A stretch of 64,000 bases of DNA from Arcobacteraceae bacterium (GTDB lineage Bacteria > Campylobacterota > Campylobacteria > Campylobacterales > Arcobacteraceae): NCBI GenBank assembly GCA_963662945.1, contig OY759974.1, forward strand, positions 1,472,001 to 1,536,000, read 5' to 3'. The translations under genes and the position numbers were made by a program. Shown in pieces: positions 59,912 through 64,000 of this stretch; position 1 is the first letter of the stretch, and every line of letters starts with the position of its first letter. The notes beneath the pieces are model-generated. The model saw only the letters and a program-made list of their open reading frames with translations. It made no database searches and was not told where the DNA came from.

Positions 59912-60727
59912 TTGTTTGACAAAATATCAGAACAAGCTGATAAGCTTGTTGCAATGACAAAAAAACATAATAGAAATTCTAGAACAAAAGTTGTAGTAAT
60001 TACTTCTGGAAAAGGTGGAGTAGGAAAGTCTACACTTACATCTAATATAGCTTATTTACTTTCAAGACAAGGAAAAAATGTCGCAGTCCTTGATGCAGAT
60101 ATTGGATTGGCAAATCAACAAGTATTATTTGATATTAAGCCACAAAAAACTTTTTTTGATTACCTAGATGGTGAGTGTGAGTTAGAAGATATATTTTTAG
60201 AAACAAGTTATCATGGAGTAACACTTATAGCTGGAAAAAGTGGATATCAATATGGAAAACTAAATAATAGTATGATGTTTTCAAGAGTTGTGGATGATAT
60301 ACTAGATCTAAATAGGTATGATATATTACTAATTGATACAGGTGCTGGTATTAATGAACATGTTCAAGAATTTTTAAATTTAACAGATAATATTTTAGCT
60401 ATTACAACAACAGATCCTAGTGCTTTAACTGATGTTTATGCGCTTTTAAAGATGATTAGTTTAAAAAAAGAAAAGCTTATGTTGTGTTTTAATTATACTT
60501 CAAAGTATGAAATTGGAGAAACAATAACAAAATCTATTACAAATTTAGCACTAAAAAATAAACTTAATAGAAAATTTATGGTACAATATATGGGAAATGT
60601 AAGTGAGATGAAAAGTATTGCAATTACTGGTAGATTAAGAAAACTATTTACAAGGGAATTGAAGCAAGAAATAGCGTCTCAAGAGTTGCGAATGGTAGTT
60701 GATAATTTAGTAAAACAAATAGGATGA
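59912..60727 (+). CDS. flhG: MinD-like ATPase FlhG
   Basis: TSGKGGVGKS, DADIGLAN, IDTGAG; follows flhF. Confidence 0.93.
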   Translation: MFDKISEQADKLVAMTKKHNRNSRTKVVVITSGKGGVGKSTLTSNIAYLLSRQGKNVAVLDADIGLANQQVLFDIKPQKTFFDYLDGECELEDIFLETSYHGVTLIAGKSGYQYGKLNNSMMFSRVVDDILDLNRYDILLIDTGAGINEHVQEFLNLTDNILAITTTDPSALTDVYALLKMISLKKEKLMLCFNYTSKYEIGETITKSITNLALKNKLNRKFMVQYMGNVSEMKSIAITGRLRKLFTRELKQEIASQELRMVVDNLVKQIG

Positions 60728-60734
60728 AGTAATT

Positions 60735-61067
60735 ATGAAGACGGAAGAATTTTCACAACGATTATTACAAAGTCGAATATTTGATACATATGTAGGTGCA
60801 GTTTTTTTTGGCACAGTTATTTTTTTTGTTCTTAATGCATCATTTTATACACCGATTGAAATGATGGTTGGAATAGTATTTGTAACGGTGTTTTTCAAAG
60901 GACTAGCCAATTTAATGATATCAATGACTATCTCTTTATTTACTCTTTCAAATGAGCAAGATAGAATAGATTTTGAGAAATCGTCAAATACTTTAGAATC
61001 TTTAGTAAATGATTTAGCAATACAAGAAGCTGCAACACAAAGTAATAAAACTATAAATAATGGTTAA
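60735..61067 (+). CDS. Hypothetical two-TM protein
   Basis: Two hydrophobic helices, between flhG and fliE. Confidence 0.7.
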   Translation: MKTEEFSQRLLQSRIFDTYVGAVFFGTVIFFVLNASFYTPIEMMVGIVFVTVFFKGLANLMISMTISLFTLSNEQDRIDFEKSSNTLESLVNDLAIQEAATQSNKTINNG

Positions 61068-61077
61068 AGGATAAGGT

Positions 61078-61410
61078 ATGAAATTAACTGAGGTAACAAA
61101 TTCATTGAGTGGAATAAACAAAAGCTCTTTATTAAATTCGGTTATCAACAATGTTGATATGTCTAAAGATCATCAATCAAATACAAATGGTGAGTCGTTT
61201 GCTGAAATTTTAAAACAATCTGTAAATGAAGTTAATAATTCACAAGTACAAGCATATGATGCAATGCATGATATTGCAACTGGAAAGGTTGAAAACTTAC
61301 AAGAAGCTGTTCAGAAGATTGAAGAAGCTGAACTTAGTTTAAAACTAGGATTAGAAGTTAAAAATAAAGCGTTAAGTGCATATAAACAAGTAATGGCGAT
61401 GCAAATATAA
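61078..61410 (+). CDS. fliE: Hook-basal body protein FliE
   Basis: SFAEILKQSVNEVN, AELSLKLGLEVKNKALSAYKQVMAMQI. Confidence 0.95.
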   Translation: MKLTEVTNSLSGINKSSLLNSVINNVDMSKDHQSNTNGESFAEILKQSVNEVNNSQVQAYDAMHDIATGKVENLQEAVQKIEEAELSLKLGLEVKNKALSAYKQVMAMQI

Positions 61411-61437
61411 TTTAATTAAATTATAAAGGAGTTTAGA

Positions 61438-61893
61438 ATGGGTTTTTTTGATGGATACAACGTAGCTACATCTGGTATGAGTGCTCAAAGAGAGAGAATT
61501 AATATAGTAAGTTCAAATATTGCTAACTCACAAACAACGCATTCTAAAGAAGGAGGACCTTACAAAAAACAAAATGTTGTTTTTGAAGAGGTATTACTAG
61601 AAACAAATAATAAGTTAAATAAAAACAGTAAAGCCTATGAAGATGAGAGTGCATTATCATTAAAGGGAGTAGGTGTTAGGGAAATTATAGAAGCAAAAGG
61701 TGAGCCTATAATGAAATATGAACCTACACATCCAGATGCTAATCAAGATGGTTATGTAGCTTATCCAAATATAAACCCTGTGATTGAAATGGTTGACCTA
61801 ATAGAAGCGATGAGATCTTACGAAGCAAATGTATCTGCATTTAAGACACAAAAAGATTTAGATACTAAAACACTTGATATAATTAAAACATAG
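61438..61893 (+). CDS. flgC: Flagellar rod protein FlgC
   Basis: SGMSAQRER, NIANSQTT, YEPTHPDA..GYVAYPNINPV, RSYEAN. Confidence 0.96.
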   Translation: MGFFDGYNVATSGMSAQRERINIVSSNIANSQTTHSKEGGPYKKQNVVFEEVLLETNNKLNKNSKAYEDESALSLKGVGVREIIEAKGEPIMKYEPTHPDANQDGYVAYPNINPVIEMVDLIEAMRSYEANVSAFKTQKDLDTKTLDIIKT

Positions 61894-61895
61894 GA

Positions 61896-63902
61896 TTGAA
61901 CATGTCTGTAGATCTTTTATCTAATCTTGGTAAAGAGGTAGTATCAAAAAAAGATACGGTAGTAGATTCTAAAAAAGAAGTTTCTACAAAAAAAGAAGGA
62001 AGTTCTTTATTTGATTCTTTAATGAAAGATATTCAAAAAGATAAAGAAAATATATCTACATCAACTTCTCAACAAAAAACTGAAAATAAAGTTATTTCTG
62101 AAAATAAACATGAACATACTGCTAAATTAAAAGAGGGAACATTAGAAGCATCAAAAAAAGTTTCTGAAGGATTAGTTGATTTAGTTGTTGATAATGTAAA
62201 AAATAAAACAGACAAAGATATAGAGTTATCTAAAAGTAAGAAAACAACTGCAAAAGATGAATTATCAAAAAAAAATAATGAAGAGATAAAATCAAAAGTA
62301 GAAGTGAAAGTAACAACAATCAAAGAGGCAGTAGAAGATATTAAAAATGAGATATCAAATATTGGACAAGAAAAAAAAGATGAAGTAAAATCAAAAGATA
62401 TAAAGAAAACAATAGATGAGAAAACAACTGCAAAAGATGGATTATCAAAAAATAATGAAGAGATAAAATCAAAAGTAGAAGTAAAAGTAACAACAATAAA
62501 AGAAGCAGTAGAAGATATTAAAAATGAGATATCAAATATTGGACAAGAAAAAAAAGATGAAGTAAAATCAAAAGATATAAAGAAAACAATAGATGAGAAA
62601 ACAACTGCAAAAGATGGATTATCAAAAAATAATGAAGAGATAAAATCAAAAGTAGAAGTAAAAGTAACAACAATAAAAGAAGCAGTAGAAGATATTAAAA
62701 ATGAGATATCAAATATTGGACAAGAAAAAAAAGATGAAGTAAAATCAAAAGATATAAAGAAAACAATAGATGAGAAAACAACTGCAAAAGATGGATTATC
62801 AAAAAACAATGAAGAGATAAAATCAAAAGTAGAAGTAAAAGTAACAACAATAAAAGAAGCAGTAGAAGATATTAAAAATGAGATATCAAAGATAAATCAA
62901 TTAGAGGCTCAAGAGAGTGATACTGTTGATGAGAATAGGATAGATGAAAATCTAAAATCAAATAATATATCAAAAAATACATCAAATCAAAATCAAATAG
63001 TACAAAATTCACAAATAGTAAAAAATGATACAAGTATCGATGGTAAAACAGTATTATTGGCCAATGGTTTCTTAAATTCTCAACAAAAAAATAAGGAAAC
63101 TGTTTCTTTATCACAAGTTGCAGATGCAAAAAACAATATAGAAAAAAATAAAACCCTACAATCTGTTAAAGAGAGTGCAAATATGTTGGGTTTAAAAATT
63201 GATAAAATTGATGTTGAACATACAGATAAAAATGGTGAAGTTAAAGTAGATATTGGGGATAAAAAAAATAAAGAATCTCAATTGTTAATGATGCAAAACA
63301 GAGGTCTCAATAGACTTATAATAGATAAAGACTCCAATATACATAATAATCAAAATATGATATCTGGTGAGCAAATGATTGAAGCACAAGAAGAAATGTC
63401 TTCTAAAAAAGAGAAAAATGTTATAGTAAATGTACCTCAGAATGTTGTTGAAACAATACAGAGTAAAATAATAGGTGCTCACCAAAAAGTGGGAAGTTTT
63501 ATGAGTGAAGTAGCTAGAAATATGTACCTTAATTATAAACCACCATTTACATCATTTAGAATGAATTTAAATCCTGCAAATTTAGGGAGTATTGCTGTTG
63601 TAATGAGAGCTAGTAAGACGGACAATAGTGTAAATGTTAGTATGAATATGAATAATAGTTCTACAATGGAAATTTTTGCAGAAAATAAAACAGCATTACA
63701 AACAGCTCTTCAAAAGCAACTTGGAGATGGTTCAAATGTTACTTTAAATTTTGATATGCAAGATAGTAGTTCTAATGAACAGTTTGGAGAGTCTAATCAA
63801 AATAATAGTTCAGGTGCTCAATATGGTACAAGTAATACTTCTGATGAACCTACTACTGCAATTATAGAGGAAGAAAATACAGAAGAACAAGCTTATATGT
63901 AA
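61896..63902 (+). CDS. fliK: Flagellar hook-length control protein FliK (start may be ATG 61902)
   Basis: Long low-complexity N-region plus C-term T3S4 domain FRMNLNPANLGSIAV...LQTAL, acidic tail. Confidence 0.88.
   Translation: MNMSVDLLSNLGKEVVSKKDTVVDSKKEVSTKKEGSSLFDSLMKDIQKDKENISTSTSQQKTENKVISENKHEHTAKLKEGTLEASKKVSEGLVDLVVDNVKNKTDKDIELSKSKKTTAKDELSKKNNEEIKSKVEVKVTTIKEAVEDIKNEISNIGQEKKDEVKSKDIKKTIDEKTTAKDGLSKNNEEIKSKVEVKVTTIKEAVEDIKNEISNIGQEKKDEVKSKDIKKTIDEKTTAKDGLSKNNEEIKSKVEVKVTTIKEAVEDIKNEISNIGQEKKDEVKSKDIKKTIDEKTTAKDGLSKNNEEIKSKVEVKVTTIKEAVEDIKNEISKINQLEAQESDTVDENRIDENLKSNNISKNTSNQNQIVQNSQIVKNDTSIDGKTVLLANGFLNSQQKNKETVSLSQVADAKNNIEKNKTLQSVKESANMLGLKIDKIDVEHTDKNGEVKVDIGDKKNKESQLLMMQNRGLNRLIIDKDSNIHNNQNMISGEQMIEAQEEMSSKKEKNVIVNVPQNVVETIQSKIIGAHQKVGSFMSEVARNMYLNYKPPFTSFRMNLNPANLGSIAVVMRASKTDNSVNVSMNMNNSSTMEIFAENKTALQTALQKQLGDGSNVTLNFDMQDSSSNEQFGESNQNNSSGAQYGTSNTSDEPTTAIIEEENTEEQAYM
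62241..62890 (+). repeat. In-frame tandem repeat, 177-bp (59-aa) unit, ~3.7 copies, inside fliK
   Basis: Units start at 62241, 62421, 62598, 62775 (first unit 180 bp with one extra Lys codon); near-identical DNA. Confidence 0.95.
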
Positions 63903-63913
63903 AAGGGAAAAGC

Positions 63914-64000
63914 TTGCAACAGTTAATATCACTTTTAGATCAACAGACTGTTTTAGCTTTTTTACTGCTGTTGGGGCGTGTTTTGGCTTTTATGGCATTT
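63914..64000 (+). CDS. fliR: 5' part of flagellar export protein FliR (runs off window)
   Basis: TTG start after AAGGGA; MQQLISLLDQQTVLAFLLLLGRVLAFMAF fits the FliR N-terminus (F.L...R...F..F). Confidence 0.7.
   Translation, partial: MQQLISLLDQQTVLAFLLLLGRVLAFMAF

Noticed and set aside
62069-62809. 246-aa repetitive minus-strand ORF, and the repeat as a possible CRISPR array
   Set aside because: It is the antisense shadow of the fliK repeat. Units are contiguous 177-bp in-frame copies with no unique spacers and no cas genes.

Overview
Very AT-rich chromosomal window from a Campylobacterota bacterium. Gene content and order look Arcobacteraceae-like (inference, not a database result). Two large flagellar/chemotaxis blocks (1-8327 and 39067-64000) flank about 31 kb of housekeeping genes: hisZ-purA-carA, proCA, fdx, ndk-yceD-rpmF-plsX-fabH, clpAS, queF, folB/plsY, two NosL-family genes, nadAC, pgpA/ispDF, a GGDEF-domain gene, and rpmE-rsmI-yigZ-mrdA-DHH. 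I saw no rRNA, tRNA, CRISPR array, transposase or prophage. Main finds beyond the ORF track: (1) an unannotated c-di-GMP-I (GEMM) riboswitch at about 18790-18866, with a terminator-like platform, upstream of two tandem paralogous small membrane proteins sharing a C-terminal TYIN-TG...KI-LS--YW-GGKF-F motif, inserted between fabH and clpA. This is the best candidate for an undescribed system. (2) About 3.7 near-identical 177-bp tandem repeats inside the hook-length ruler fliK. (3) A ~100-aa domain shared between FlgK and the long FlgE. (4) A FliY-N paralogue fused to a TM helix and a SPOR-like domain. (5) NosL proteins carrying a heme-less cytochrome-c-like domain. (6) A ~120-bp REP/MITE-like hairpin, a missed rpmF gene and a probable homopolymer frameshift at the end of ndk.
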